A stretch of DNA of 64,000 nt, taken from NCBI GenBank assembly GCA_965217185.1, contig OZ244252.1:480001-544000 (forward strand). Reading direction: 5' to 3'. Shown in pieces: positions 51,092 through 61,251 of this stretch. The notes below the pieces were generated by a model. It searched no databases and was not told where the DNA came from. It worked only from the letters and a program-made list of their open reading frames with translations. This stretch comes from an uncultured Candidatus Entotheonella sp. (lineage in GTDB: Bacteria; Tectomicrobia; Entotheonellia; Entotheonellales; Entotheonellaceae). Both the position numbers and the translations under genes were made by a program. How positions within the stretch are numbered: the first letter of the stretch is position 1; every line of letters starts with the position of its first letter.

Positions 51092-52030
51092 ATGCGTATT
51101 GCGGTGGTGGGGGTTGGCGGTGTCGGCGGTTATTTTGGCGGGCGGTTGGCGCAGGCCGGTCACGACGTGACCTTTATAGCCCGAGGCGAACACCTGAAAG
51201 CCATGCTGCAAGAGGGGCTGCGGGTGGAGAGCATCAATGGCAATTTCGCCATCTCGCCCGTGCAGGCCACCGATAACCCGGCTGACATCGGCGCCGTCGA
51301 TCTCGTCATCATGGGTGTGAAGGCATGGCAAATCCCCGAGACCGCGGCCCGTCTCAGTCCGATGCTCGGGCCGGACACGTTGGTATTGCCCTTGCAGAAC
51401 GGCCTGGAAGCGTCCTCGCAAGTGGCGGAGGTTCTGGGTCCGGCGCCTGTGCTGGGAGGGCTGTGCGCCATCTACAGTTTCATCACGGCGCCGGGTTGCA
51501 TCCGCCACATTGGCATCGATCCATGGGTGACGTTCGGCGCCTTGCAGCCGAGCCAGGCGGATCGGTTGGCTGAGGTTCAGGCTGCCCTGCAGCAGGCCGG
51601 CGTGACGGCCAACATCGCGCCGGATATCCGCGTGCCGTTATGGGAAAAGTTTCTGGTGCTACGCTGGGGCGTCGTTGGCGCCGTGTCGCGCGTGCCCGCG
51701 GGCGTGCTACGCCGACTGCCGCAGGCTCGGGACATGATCGATCAGGCCGGTCGTGAAGTGTTGGACGTCGCCGAGACGCAAGGCATCGACATACCGGCGG
51801 ATGCCCTGCAGCGCAGCAGCGCGTTGCTGGATAGTCTGCCCGCCGCCGCCACCACCTCGATGCAGCGCGACGTCATGGAGGGCCGCCCCTCGGAGCTGGA
51901 CGCGCAGGCCGGGGCGCTGGTGCGCCTGGGCGAGCAGGCCGGCATCACCACGCCGCTGCACGCCTTCATTTACCACAGTTTGCTGCCGATGGAGATGCAG
52001 GCGCGTGGGGAAATCGGCGAGGAAGTTTGA
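51092..52030 (+). CDS. panE: 2-dehydropantoate 2-reductase
   Basis: GVGGVGGYFG, LQNG, WEKF, SMQRD..GRPSE. Confidence 0.88.
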   Translation: MRIAVVGVGGVGGYFGGRLAQAGHDVTFIARGEHLKAMLQEGLRVESINGNFAISPVQATDNPADIGAVDLVIMGVKAWQIPETAARLSPMLGPDTLVLPLQNGLEASSQVAEVLGPAPVLGGLCAIYSFITAPGCIRHIGIDPWVTFGALQPSQADRLAEVQAALQQAGVTANIAPDIRVPLWEKFLVLRWGVVGAVSRVPAGVLRRLPQARDMIDQAGREVLDVAETQGIDIPADALQRSSALLDSLPAAATTSMQRDVMEGRPSELDAQAGALVRLGEQAGITTPLHAFIYHSLLPMEMQARGEIGEEV

Positions 52031-52045
52031 CATCCGCTCGGTTTC

Positions 52046-53299
52046 TTACCGGTACTCACTACTCAGTATTTCTCGCGTGGCGTCCATAATCCTCGGTAAT
52101 GCCAACACCGCCACCGACAGCACCATAATCCCCGTCAGCGCAAAAATCCGAATGGCAAAGACCGGACTGACGTTGGCCGCCAACGCGCCGATCAGCAACG
52201 AGCCTACCGGCCCGGCGCCGATCGCCAGACTGATGACGCCGAGCGCCCGGCCGCGCATCTCGTCCTTGGCGAGGATCAGGACCAGCGTCGATTGCATGGT
52301 GGCAAAGCCCGCCATGCCCAGCCCCAGCAGAAACAGCACCGGGAAGGACACGATGTACCATTCCGATACCGAGAAGGCGAACAATGCCAGCAGCGACAGG
52401 AGCGATCCGCCGACGTAGACCCGCCCGTGGTACCGCAGCCCCACCGCCAAGGCGATGAGCGAGGCGCCGACCGACGAGCCCAGACCCTCCGCCGCCTGCA
52501 AGGTGCCGATCAGTGCCGGGCCGACGTGCAGCACGTCGCGAGCCAGCACCGTCACCATCGGCACATAGGGGAACATCAGCAGGTTGATAATCAGCGTGAT
52601 GAGCACCGTGCCTAGGATGGCGGGATTGCTGCGCACGTACGCGATGCCTTCGAGGAGATTGCGTATTACCGGCTGCCGAGTCGTCGCGCGAGGCTGCCCG
52701 GCGCCGGCGGGGAAGGCCAGCAAAAACGCGTAGCTCAGCGCAGAACACACCGCCACCGCGACCGAGCCGCCTGCCACGCCCGTTAGCCCGATGAATAGTC
52801 CGGCCACGGCCGGCCCGACCATGCGACTGCCGTTCATGCCGATGGCGTCCAAAGCAATGGCGTTGGTTACTACTGTCGGCCCAACCAGATCAAAGATTGC
52901 CGCCCGCCGCGCCGGGAAGCTCAGCGCCCAGCACGCCCCGGTGATCATCACGGCGACATAGGCGTGCCACACCCGCACGGTGTCGGTCAGCATCAGGAGG
53001 GCGAGGACGCAACTCGCCAGCACCGAGATGGCTTGGGTGACCGTCATCAAGCGGCGGCGGTCAACCCTGTCTACCAGCACGCCGCCGACCAGGCCCAGCA
53101 GCAAGGTGGGCAGCATGCTGAAGAAGCCCACCAGCGAGACCAGCCACGGCGAGTCCGTCAGCTCGAGGATCATCCAGGCGAGCAGCGGCATCTGCATCCA
53201 GCGCGAGGTGTAGGAAAAGAAATTGGCCAGCCATAGAGAGGGGTAATGGCGGTATCGGAACGCCCGGAACGGACCTGAGGGATACGGCTCGGAGGTCAT
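52046..53299 (-). CDS. MFS transporter
   Basis: ~12 TM segments, GVLVDRVDRRR, MRGRALG. Confidence 0.9.
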   Translation of the reverse strand: MTSEPYPSGPFRAFRYRHYPSLWLANFFSYTSRWMQMPLLAWMILELTDSPWLVSLVGFFSMLPTLLLGLVGGVLVDRVDRRRLMTVTQAISVLASCVLALLMLTDTVRVWHAYVAVMITGACWALSFPARRAAIFDLVGPTVVTNAIALDAIGMNGSRMVGPAVAGLFIGLTGVAGGSVAVAVCSALSYAFLLAFPAGAGQPRATTRQPVIRNLLEGIAYVRSNPAILGTVLITLIINLLMFPYVPMVTVLARDVLHVGPALIGTLQAAEGLGSSVGASLIALAVGLRYHGRVYVGGSLLSLLALFAFSVSEWYIVSFPVLFLLGLGMAGFATMQSTLVLILAKDEMRGRALGVISLAIGAGPVGSLLIGALAANVSPVFAIRIFALTGIMVLSVAVLALPRIMDATREILSSEYR

Positions 53300-53454
53300 T
53301 GAATCCCCAGGCGGCCAAGGGTTGGGTGGGGAATCACAAGGTTCCGGCAGTGTAGGTCCGGTCTTGGATTGGTGTCAAGGCGGGCCGGGGATATGGTAAA
53401 TTGCCCCGGTTTGGCGACCCGGACTTGGCGCGGCGAGATGGAGGGAGTCCTGCG

Positions 53455-55095
53455 ATGGCGGATTGGTATGAGAAACGCACCCTCGGTAGCCTGCCCGACA
53501 GCATGGCGCGCAAGCTGCCGGATCGGGAAGCGTTGGTTTTCGAGGCGCGGCGATTCACCTTTGCCGAGGTGGCGGCGGAGGTCGACCGCGCAGCCAAGGC
53601 GTTGATGGCCCTCGGTGTGCGCCAGGGCGATCACGTCTGCCTGTGGCTCAACAACTGCGACGACTGGATCTTCATCCTATACGGTTTGGCGAAGATCGGC
53701 ACCGTCCAGGTTCCGATCAACACCCGTTTCCGCACCCGCGACCTAGCCTACGTGCTGCATCAGTCCGATAGCGTGATGCTGATCACCCATGACGTCTCTG
53801 GCCCCGTGGATTACCTCGACATGGTGCGGCAGGTTGTCAGGTTGCCGGCCGAGGGAGCGGAGGTGTCGGACCCCGATTATCCCCGATTGAAGCGCGTGGT
53901 AATTGTTGGCGATGACGTGCACCCCGGCACCACCGCATGGCACGCCGCCCTGCAAGCCGGCGCCGCCGTTTCGGACGAAGAGTTGCGCCAACGCGCCGAC
54001 GCGGTGGACTGCGACGCCCCGGCGCTCATCATGTACACCTCGGGGACCACCGGCTTTCCCAAGGGTGTCGTGCATACCCACAACCTGGTGCGTAACGTTG
54101 AGGAACGGGCCTATCGCCTGGCCGTGACGCCGCGCGACGTCATTCTCAATTACCTGCCGCTGTTTCACGCCTTCGGCTATTCCGAGGGCGCCCTGACGTC
54201 CATGCTCACCGGCGCCAAACAGATCGTCACGCCCACCTTCGAGGCGCCCGCCTGCCTGGATCTGATCGAGCGCAAGGGCGTCACCTTGATGCACGGCTTC
54301 GAGACCCATATGAAGGACCTTTGCGACGCCCAGGAGCGCCGGCCCCGCGACCTGAAGACGTTGCGAACCGGGTTGTTTGCCGCCGGCATGCACAGCGCCA
54401 CCCCGATCTGCCGTCGTGGCGCCCGGCTGCTGGCGCCCTTCAAGGCCCTCTCCGGGTACGGCATGACCGAGGTGTGGATCGGCGCTGCCCTCGGCGCCCT
54501 GGACGACGACGAAACGCGCCGTACCGAATCGTCCGGTTACCCGGCGCCCGGCTACGACATGCGCATCGTCGATCCTGACTCCGGCGCCGAGCTTGGCGCC
54601 AACGTGCCCGGCGAATTACAAGTGCGCGGTTACTGCCTCATGCTCGGCTATTACAACAAGCCCCAGGAAACGGCGGCCTGCTACACCGCGGACGGCTGGT
54701 TCAAGACCGGCGACACCGCTTATTGGCGCGATGACGGCTACCTGCGTTTTCTGGGGCGTTACAGGGACATGCTGAAGGTAGGCGGGGAAAACGTCGATCC
54801 GATGGAGGTCGAGGGATTGCTCCTGGAGCATCCCGGCATCAGCCAAGTCGCGGTTGTGGGCCTCGCCGATGCCCGGCTCACCGAGGTGCCCGTCGCCTTC
54901 GTGCAGCCCGCTGCGGGGCACGTCCTAGAAGCCGCCGCGGTCATCGACTACTGCCGCGGCAAGCTGGCGAGCTTCAAACTGCCGCGCTACGTCGTGTTTG
55001 TCGATGATTTCCCGATGACGGCGTCGGGTAAGATTCGCAAGACCGAACTACGGGAGCAGGCCCGGCAAATCCTGGGCAACGATAGCGAGACCTGA
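53455..55095 (+). CDS. Acyl-CoA synthetase / AMP-binding protein
   Basis: YTSGTTGFPKG, GYGMTE, FKTGD, ASGKIRK. Confidence 0.92.
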   Translation: MADWYEKRTLGSLPDSMARKLPDREALVFEARRFTFAEVAAEVDRAAKALMALGVRQGDHVCLWLNNCDDWIFILYGLAKIGTVQVPINTRFRTRDLAYVLHQSDSVMLITHDVSGPVDYLDMVRQVVRLPAEGAEVSDPDYPRLKRVVIVGDDVHPGTTAWHAALQAGAAVSDEELRQRADAVDCDAPALIMYTSGTTGFPKGVVHTHNLVRNVEERAYRLAVTPRDVILNYLPLFHAFGYSEGALTSMLTGAKQIVTPTFEAPACLDLIERKGVTLMHGFETHMKDLCDAQERRPRDLKTLRTGLFAAGMHSATPICRRGARLLAPFKALSGYGMTEVWIGAALGALDDDETRRTESSGYPAPGYDMRIVDPDSGAELGANVPGELQVRGYCLMLGYYNKPQETAACYTADGWFKTGDTAYWRDDGYLRFLGRYRDMLKVGGENVDPMEVEGLLLEHPGISQVAVVGLADARLTEVPVAFVQPAAGHVLEAAAVIDYCRGKLASFKLPRYVVFVDDFPMTASGKIRKTELREQARQILGNDSET

Positions 55096-55105
55096 GCAGC
55101 CGGTC

Positions 55106-56074
55106 TCACGCCGACGGGGGTTCCAACAGAGCATTGACCTCGGCAACTTCCTCAGCGCTCAGCGTCCACTCGATGGCCTTGACGTTGCTCAGCAAGTGCT
55201 CCAGCCGCGTGGCGCCGGTAATTACCGAGCATACCTGCGGCTGCGCCAGCAGCCACGCTTGCGCCAATTCGTTCAACCCGTGTCCGCGGGCTTCGACCCA
55301 GGATTGCAGGCGTTCAACGGTGTCGTAATACGGGTCCTGCATGTATTTCTGCACCTGCGCACTGAACTCTCCGCGAGATCCTGACGGCGCCGCCTCGCCG
55401 CGTCGGTACTTGCCGGTGAGAAAGCCGCCGGCCAGCGGATAGTAGGGCACGAAGCCGACGTTGTGGGCTTGGCAATAAGGCAGGACCTCGCGTTCGACGT
55501 AGCGTTCCAGCATCTGATATTCGGACTGAATGGCCACGAAGGTCGACCAGCCCCGAAGCTCGGCGATGGCGTTGGCCCTGGCCAGTTGCCAGGCCGCGAA
55601 GTCCGAACAGCCGATGTACCGCACCTTGCCCATGCGCACCAGGTCGTCCAGGCCGCGCAGCGTTTCCTCCACCGGGGTCTGCGGGTCCCAACGGTGCACG
55701 TAATACAAGTCGATGTAGTCGTTCTTCAGCCACTTCAGACTCTTTTCTACCTGGTGCATCATGTGATAACGAGAGGCGCCGCGGTCGTTGGTGCCATCGC
55801 CGGTGGCGATGACGAACTTGGTGGCAACCACGAACTTGTCCCAACGGCCCTTGAGTGCCTTGCCCAGGGTCTTCTCCGATTTGCCCTTGGCCCGGATTCC
55901 GCCATGTGCCGGGTAGATGTCTGCCGAGTCGATGAAGTTGATGCCCAAGTCCTGCGCCGCGTCGATGATCCGGTTGACCTCGTCCTGCGGCAGCACCTTG
56001 GCGCCGAAGCGATTGGTGCCCAGCCCGATGACCGATACCCGCACACCGGCGGGGCCTAGTTGTCGGTATTCCAT
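55106..56074 (-). CDS. Aldo/keto reductase
   Basis: IDSADIY, ATKF, IDLYYVHRWD, GKVRYIG, PLAGGFLTGKY. Confidence 0.93.
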   Translation of the reverse strand: MEYRQLGPAGVRVSVIGLGTNRFGAKVLPQDEVNRIIDAAQDLGINFIDSADIYPAHGGIRAKGKSEKTLGKALKGRWDKFVVATKFVIATGDGTNDRGASRYHMMHQVEKSLKWLKNDYIDLYYVHRWDPQTPVEETLRGLDDLVRMGKVRYIGCSDFAAWQLARANAIAELRGWSTFVAIQSEYQMLERYVEREVLPYCQAHNVGFVPYYPLAGGFLTGKYRRGEAAPSGSRGEFSAQVQKYMQDPYYDTVERLQSWVEARGHGLNELAQAWLLAQPQVCSVITGATRLEHLLSNVKAIEWTLSAEEVAEVNALLEPPSA

Positions 56075-56111
56075 GAAAGGTTCCTTTCCGGTTCGTTGTT
56101 GTTCAGACCTT

Positions 56112-56762
56112 CTATTCTGGATTGCCTTCCCTCGAGATGGTCTCGCGTACCCAAGCCCCTACGCTTTGCCACCAGTCGGGTCGAGATGCTGTCAGGCTAT
56201 CCCGCACAAACGCCGTCAACTGGGTACCGGACAGGCCTGGAATGACTACGCTGTCCTCAATTTCCACATACGACCCACCCGCCAGCCGGTACATCTGAAC
56301 CGTACCGTGCTGATGTCGCCATATTTCGGGTACGCCCAAAGCGGCATAAATCGGTAATTTGTCCAGTGACCCTTGCGTCACGTCGATTTCGATAACGAGA
56401 TCCGGAGGTGGGTCGCTGTTCAGGTCGATGCGTGTTAATCCGCGTATTCGGGCCGCGTGCTCCACATAATAGGATGCGTCCGGCTCGAATCCGCGCGCCA
56501 CGCCCTGATGTCGGAAGGTCGTGGAGCCGGCCGGAGCATAATCCTGCTTGCGCGCATCCATGAGGGCTTCGGCCACCCTTGTCACAATGTTCCCGACATG
56601 TTCATGCTCATAACTCGGCGTCACGATTTCCAACATCCCTTGGTCGAATGCCATGCGCGTTTGCCGATGGTCGCCGCCGTCGGCCAGCAATGCCTCGTAT
56701 GTTTCCCAACTGACACCATCCATCAGCACCGGCTGATCGACCGGCTGTATCACGGTTGCCAT
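56112..56762 (-). CDS. Uma2 family endonuclease
   Basis: VSWETYE, EPDASYY, PPPDLVIEID, IYAALGVPEIW; GGAGG RBS. Confidence 0.9.
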   Translation of the reverse strand: MATVIQPVDQPVLMDGVSWETYEALLADGGDHRQTRMAFDQGMLEIVTPSYEHEHVGNIVTRVAEALMDARKQDYAPAGSTTFRHQGVARGFEPDASYYVEHAARIRGLTRIDLNSDPPPDLVIEIDVTQGSLDKLPIYAALGVPEIWRHQHGTVQMYRLAGGSYVEIEDSVVIPGLSGTQLTAFVRDSLTASRPDWWQSVGAWVRETISREGNPE

Positions 56763-56883
56763 AATATCCTCCAAAGCACGAGGAATGCCGCGCGGAGTGG
56801 GCACCCTGGACACCCGTTGGCGGAAGCGATAGGGTAGGGTAAGATATTAACCCGCACAAGCCAAACACGGGAGACCTCATTCC

Positions 56884-57609
56884 ATGGCCAATCGTGACGA
56901 CATTAAGCAGCGCATTCACCGGGGCGACGTGCTCATCGGTGTTTCCGCGCCCGTGACCGCAAGCAAGAGCCAGCTTGAAGACATCCTGGGCAAGGACGAC
57001 TACGCCTTTGTTTCCACCGACAGCCAGCACTCGGCCTTCAACGAAGAGACCCTGGTGCGATTCTGTAATTTTGCCGACGAACTCGACGTGCCCGTGCAGT
57101 TCCGTATCAAGCACACCTACCACAGCTATCTCATCGGCAACGTCCTCGACCTCGGTCCGGCGGGCATCGAGGTGCCGCAGGTCGAAGAGCCGGCCACCGT
57201 CGACGAAGCCCTCAAGTATTTCTACTATCCGCAGCAGGGGAAGCGCAGCTGGGGCGGCGTGGCGCGCTGGAAAATCGACGGCAATGACGACCGCCTGGCT
57301 TACGCCGATTGGTGGAACACACACGGCTGGCTATGCCTGCAGATGGAATCCATCCAGGCCGTCAGCAATGCCCGCCACCTCGCCAAACTTGGTGTCGACT
57401 GCCTCACCTGGGGACCAAACGATCTGCGCTACGACATCGAGGCCCACCCGCAGCACCCGTTCCGCACTGTGGACGATTGCGTGCAACATGCCCTCAAGCA
57501 ACTCGAAGGCAGCACCACGCGTATCTCCTTCCGCAGCTACGATCCCGCCCTGCGCAACAAATACCTCGACATGGGCGTCACCATCCTTATGGAGAGCCCC
57601 AAGCCGTAA
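56884..57609 (+). CDS. HpcH/HpaI aldolase family protein
   Basis: DSQHS, LDLGPAGIEVPQV, P.QGKRSWG, QMES, GPNDL. Confidence 0.85.
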   Translation: MANRDDIKQRIHRGDVLIGVSAPVTASKSQLEDILGKDDYAFVSTDSQHSAFNEETLVRFCNFADELDVPVQFRIKHTYHSYLIGNVLDLGPAGIEVPQVEEPATVDEALKYFYYPQQGKRSWGGVARWKIDGNDDRLAYADWWNTHGWLCLQMESIQAVSNARHLAKLGVDCLTWGPNDLRYDIEAHPQHPFRTVDDCVQHALKQLEGSTTRISFRSYDPALRNKYLDMGVTILMESPKP

Positions 57610-57650
57610 CCATCAACCATGAGCTTGCGGAAAGTCACAGGTAGAAACAT

Positions 57651-58415
57651 ATGGCAGATGCAGCAGAAGAGTTCTCAGGCAAAATCGCCATTGTAACGGG
57701 CGCCGCACGAGGTATGGGGTACGCCGTGGCGAAACGGCTTGCTGCCGGCGGTGCCAGCGTCGTTATCAATGACATTAACGCTGAGGCGGCGGCACGAGCG
57801 GCATCTGATCTGCACGCCCTCGGTCATGTAGCGCTTGCCGTGCCCGGAGACGTCACATCTGGCCAAGATGTGGGCCGACTCGTGGCGAGGGCGGTGGACC
57901 ATTATGGAGAGGTACATATCTTAATCAACAACGCCGGGATACTCCGCCCAACGCCCGTCATCGACATCCAGGAAGACGAGTGGGACCTGGTCGTCAACGT
58001 GAACCTAAAGGGAACGTATCTGTGCTCCAGAGCCGTGTTGCCTGGCATGCAAAAGACGGGCTGGGGACGTATCGTGAATTTTTCTTCCACCGCCGGCAAA
58101 AACATCAGCACCGTGGGCGGCGCCCACTATACGGCGGCTAAGGCAGGCATTTTAGGATTCACGCGCCATCTGGCTAAAGAGGTCGCGCGGTATGGCATCA
58201 CGGTCAATGCCGTCTGTCCTGGTCTGATCGATACCGAGATGGTCAGATCTACCATCAGCGCTGAGCGAGCCCGGGCATACGCCGACAGTTTCCCGATCAA
58301 CCGCTTGGGAGAGCCCTTCGAAGTCGCCGAACTGGTGGCTTTTCTGGCCTCCGATCGAGCCGCCTATATCACCGGGGCGTCGCTAGATATCAACGGTGGC
58401 GATCTCATGATCTAG
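57651..58415 (+). CDS. SDR family oxidoreductase (FabG-like)
   Basis: TGAARGMG, NNAGI, YTAAK. Confidence 0.92.
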   Translation: MADAAEEFSGKIAIVTGAARGMGYAVAKRLAAGGASVVINDINAEAAARAASDLHALGHVALAVPGDVTSGQDVGRLVARAVDHYGEVHILINNAGILRPTPVIDIQEDEWDLVVNVNLKGTYLCSRAVLPGMQKTGWGRIVNFSSTAGKNISTVGGAHYTAAKAGILGFTRHLAKEVARYGITVNAVCPGLIDTEMVRSTISAERARAYADSFPINRLGEPFEVAELVAFLASDRAAYITGASLDINGGDLMI

Positions 58416-58445
58416 AGGGTAGGCCAAGCCTCCGGAGAATCAGGC

Positions 58446-59417
58446 ATGCAACGCATACTGGTTACGGGTGCAGCCGGACAAATTGGCTCCGAATTGGTGC
58501 CCGAACTGCGACAACGGTATGGCAACGCCAACGTCATTGCCGCGGGTCACCACACTTCCTTGCCTGCTGACATCCGACAGGCCGGCCCTTGCACAACCAT
58601 TGACATATCAGACCATGCGCAAATTGACCGGGCCATCAAAGCCTACGAGATCGACACGATCTACCACCTGAGTTCGATCCTCTCCGCATTGGCCGAGCAA
58701 CGGCGCCGGGTGGCGTATCGCGTTAATATACAAGGGCTTTACAATATCCTGGAGGCTGCCGCAGACAATGGCCTTGAACGGGTCATCATTCCCAGCTCCA
58801 TTGCAGCCTTCGGGCCGGATACCCCTGGTGATCGCACCCCCAATGAGACCATACAGAAGCCCAACACGCTTTACGGCATCTCCAAGGTCTTTGGGGAACT
58901 CATGGGCAATTACTACTTCCATCAACTTGGATGCGACGTTAGAGGGGTCAGGCTGCCCGGCATCATCAGCTGGAAGACCGAACCAACGGCTGGAACGACC
59001 GATTACGCCGTGGCGATTTTCTATGGCGCCATACGTCAGCGCCACTACACCTGCTACCTGAAGCCAGACACCTTTCTGCCGATGATGTATATGCCGGATG
59101 CCATCCTGGCCCTCATACAGGTTGCTGAAGTGGATGGGAAGCGATTGCATCATCACGCCGATTTCAACGTCAATGCAATGAGTTTCACACCCTCCCGTCT
59201 TGCCAACGCCATACAATCCAGGCTTCCAGAATTCCGCATCGATTATCGCATCGATCCGCTCCGCCAAGCGATTGCCGATTCCTGGCCGAATTCCTTGGAC
59301 GACTCAGCGGCAAGATCGGAATGGGGTTGGCAACCGAATTTTGATATGGACGCCATGGTTGACGACATGCTGGAAAACCTGACCAGGAAGCTTGCCGCAC
59401 CAGAGGGGTCTGGATAA
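58446..59417 (+). CDS. NAD-dependent epimerase/dehydratase, L-threonine 3-dehydrogenase-like (extended SDR)
   Basis: TGAAGQIG, PSSIAAFG, YGISK, GTTDYAV, LPMMYMPD, RQAIADSWP. Confidence 0.88.
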   Translation: MQRILVTGAAGQIGSELVPELRQRYGNANVIAAGHHTSLPADIRQAGPCTTIDISDHAQIDRAIKAYEIDTIYHLSSILSALAEQRRRVAYRVNIQGLYNILEAAADNGLERVIIPSSIAAFGPDTPGDRTPNETIQKPNTLYGISKVFGELMGNYYFHQLGCDVRGVRLPGIISWKTEPTAGTTDYAVAIFYGAIRQRHYTCYLKPDTFLPMMYMPDAILALIQVAEVDGKRLHHHADFNVNAMSFTPSRLANAIQSRLPEFRIDYRIDPLRQAIADSWPNSLDDSAARSEWGWQPNFDMDAMVDDMLENLTRKLAAPEGSG

Positions 59418-59443
59418 AGAAGCCATATCAAGAGACTGGAGGG

Positions 59444-60241
59444 ATGTATATGGACATGGGATTGCAAGGTCGGGTGGCGATTGTTGGCGGCGCTAGTCGG
59501 GGACTGGGGCGCGCCTGTGCCATGGGACTGGCCCAAGAGGGCGCACGGGTCGCCATCAGCAGTCGCCGTGAAGAGCCGTTACAGGCAGCGGCGCAGGAGA
59601 TTCGTTCGGCCACTGGTGTGGAGGTGCTCGCTGTGCCCGGTGATCTCTCCTGCTTGGCCGATATCCAGAACTTGATCCAGCGCACCGTCGACCACTTCGG
59701 ACGCCTCGACATCGTGATCAGCAATTCCGGTGGACCGCCAGAGGGCAGGGCGGTAGACACGAGCGAGGATAACTGGGAGCGCGCCATCCAGATGGCGTTG
59801 CAATTTTTCATCCGCATGAGCCGTGAGGCCGTACCGCACCTCAAGCAGCAGTCATGGGGCCGCATCATCAACATCCTGGCCAGCACCGTGTATCAACCCA
59901 TCGACAATCTGGCGACCTCAGGCGTGACCCGCTTAGGTGCAGTGGCCTTCGCCAAGAGTCTGGCTGATGAAGTAGGCCGGGACAACATCCTTGTCAACAA
60001 CGTGGCGCCTGGCTTCCTACTCACCGATCGCATGATGGATCTCTTCAAGACCAGAGCACGGGAAACGGATACGGACCTGGACACCGTGTTGCAAGCGCGC
60101 GCTGCGACGATACCCCTGGGCCGGTTCGGACAGCCCGAAGAGTTGGCCAATCTGGTGACGTTTCTGGCCTCGGAAAAGAATAGCTACATGACCGGCACCA
60201 CTATCCTGGTGGACGGTGGCGTTGTCCGGTCGGTCATGTGA
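59444..60241 (+). CDS. SDR family oxidoreductase
   Basis: GASRGLG, NSGGPP, IPLGRFG.PEE. Confidence 0.9.
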   Translation: MYMDMGLQGRVAIVGGASRGLGRACAMGLAQEGARVAISSRREEPLQAAAQEIRSATGVEVLAVPGDLSCLADIQNLIQRTVDHFGRLDIVISNSGGPPEGRAVDTSEDNWERAIQMALQFFIRMSREAVPHLKQQSWGRIINILASTVYQPIDNLATSGVTRLGAVAFAKSLADEVGRDNILVNNVAPGFLLTDRMMDLFKTRARETDTDLDTVLQARAATIPLGRFGQPEELANLVTFLASEKNSYMTGTTILVDGGVVRSVM

Positions 60242-60247
60242 GGCGCC

Positions 60248-61150
60248 TTAACCTTTCTCGTGCTCGGCGAAGAAAGCCAGCAATTCCGCTGCAGTTTCCT
60301 GCGGGCGTTCTTCGGGAAGGAAATGGCCGCAGTCGATGCCTTTCCCGCGGACGCTGTGGGCGCGCTCCAGCCACGTGTCGAGCATGTTGAGCTTAGCACC
60401 GGTTTGCCAGCCGGGGCGTCTTGTCATGTTGGCGCCCCAAAGAACCAGAACCGGGCAATCCAGCTTGCGGCCGCGGTCGGCGTCGTCGTGTTCCAGGTCG
60501 AGTGCGATGGCCCGGTAATCCCCACAGGTGGCGCGGATCGTCTCGGGGTTGTCAAAGCAGCGCAGGTATTCGGCATAGGCTTCGGGCGTGATGGCTCCGG
60601 TCACGTCGGTCCACTGTCCCAGCAGAAAATCCAGGTACACCTTGGCGCTGTTGCCGATCAACGTTTCCGGCAGCGGCGACGGCTGGCGCATCAAGTTCCA
60701 GTGAAACCACGAATACGCCATCTGACTGTCCATGGCTTCGAAGGCCGCCTGCGACGGCACGACGTCGAGCGAGGTGAGGCTGCGCACGCGCCCCGGATGA
60801 TCCAGCGCCAGACGGTGACTGACCCGCGCGCCGCGGTCGTGCCCGACGAGGTGGAAGGCGTCGAAACCCAGTGCCGCCATCACCTCGACCTGATCCTGCG
60901 CCATGCTGCGTTTGCAATACACGCTGTGGTCCCCCGCCGCGGCTGGCGGCTTATCGCTGTCGCCGTAACCCCGCAGGTCGGGCGCCACGACGGTGTGCCG
61001 TTCGGCCAGCAAGGGCGCTACTTTGTGCCATTCGACGTGGGTTTGCGGATAGCCGTGCAACAGCAGGACCGGCGGCCCGCTGCCGCCGTGCGACACGTGG
61101 ATGCCCACGCCGTTCACCGTCAGTCGGGTCCGGGTAAAGCTGTCGAACAT
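60248..61150 (-). CDS. Alpha/beta hydrolase, haloacetate (fluoroacetate) dehalogenase family
   Basis: LHGYPQTH, GHDRGARV nucleophile motif, DYRA, CGHFLPEE. Confidence 0.88.
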   Translation of the reverse strand: MFDSFTRTRLTVNGVGIHVSHGGSGPPVLLLHGYPQTHVEWHKVAPLLAERHTVVAPDLRGYGDSDKPPAAAGDHSVYCKRSMAQDQVEVMAALGFDAFHLVGHDRGARVSHRLALDHPGRVRSLTSLDVVPSQAAFEAMDSQMAYSWFHWNLMRQPSPLPETLIGNSAKVYLDFLLGQWTDVTGAITPEAYAEYLRCFDNPETIRATCGDYRAIALDLEHDDADRGRKLDCPVLVLWGANMTRRPGWQTGAKLNMLDTWLERAHSVRGKGIDCGHFLPEERPQETAAELLAFFAEHEKG

Positions 61151-61203
61151 CGGTCATTGCTCCTGGAGATTCAAGGGGGAGGTGATGCTAGGGATGGATA
61201 GCG

Positions 61204-61234
61204 TCCCTTGTTCCCCGCCAAGGGGAACAAGGGA
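61204..61234. repeat. Perfect 13-bp-stem intergenic hairpin
   Basis: TCCCTTGTTCCCC-GCCAA-GGGGAACAAGGGA; no U-tract. Confidence 0.6.
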
Positions 61235-61251
61235 ACGTGTTGTGGTAGGAA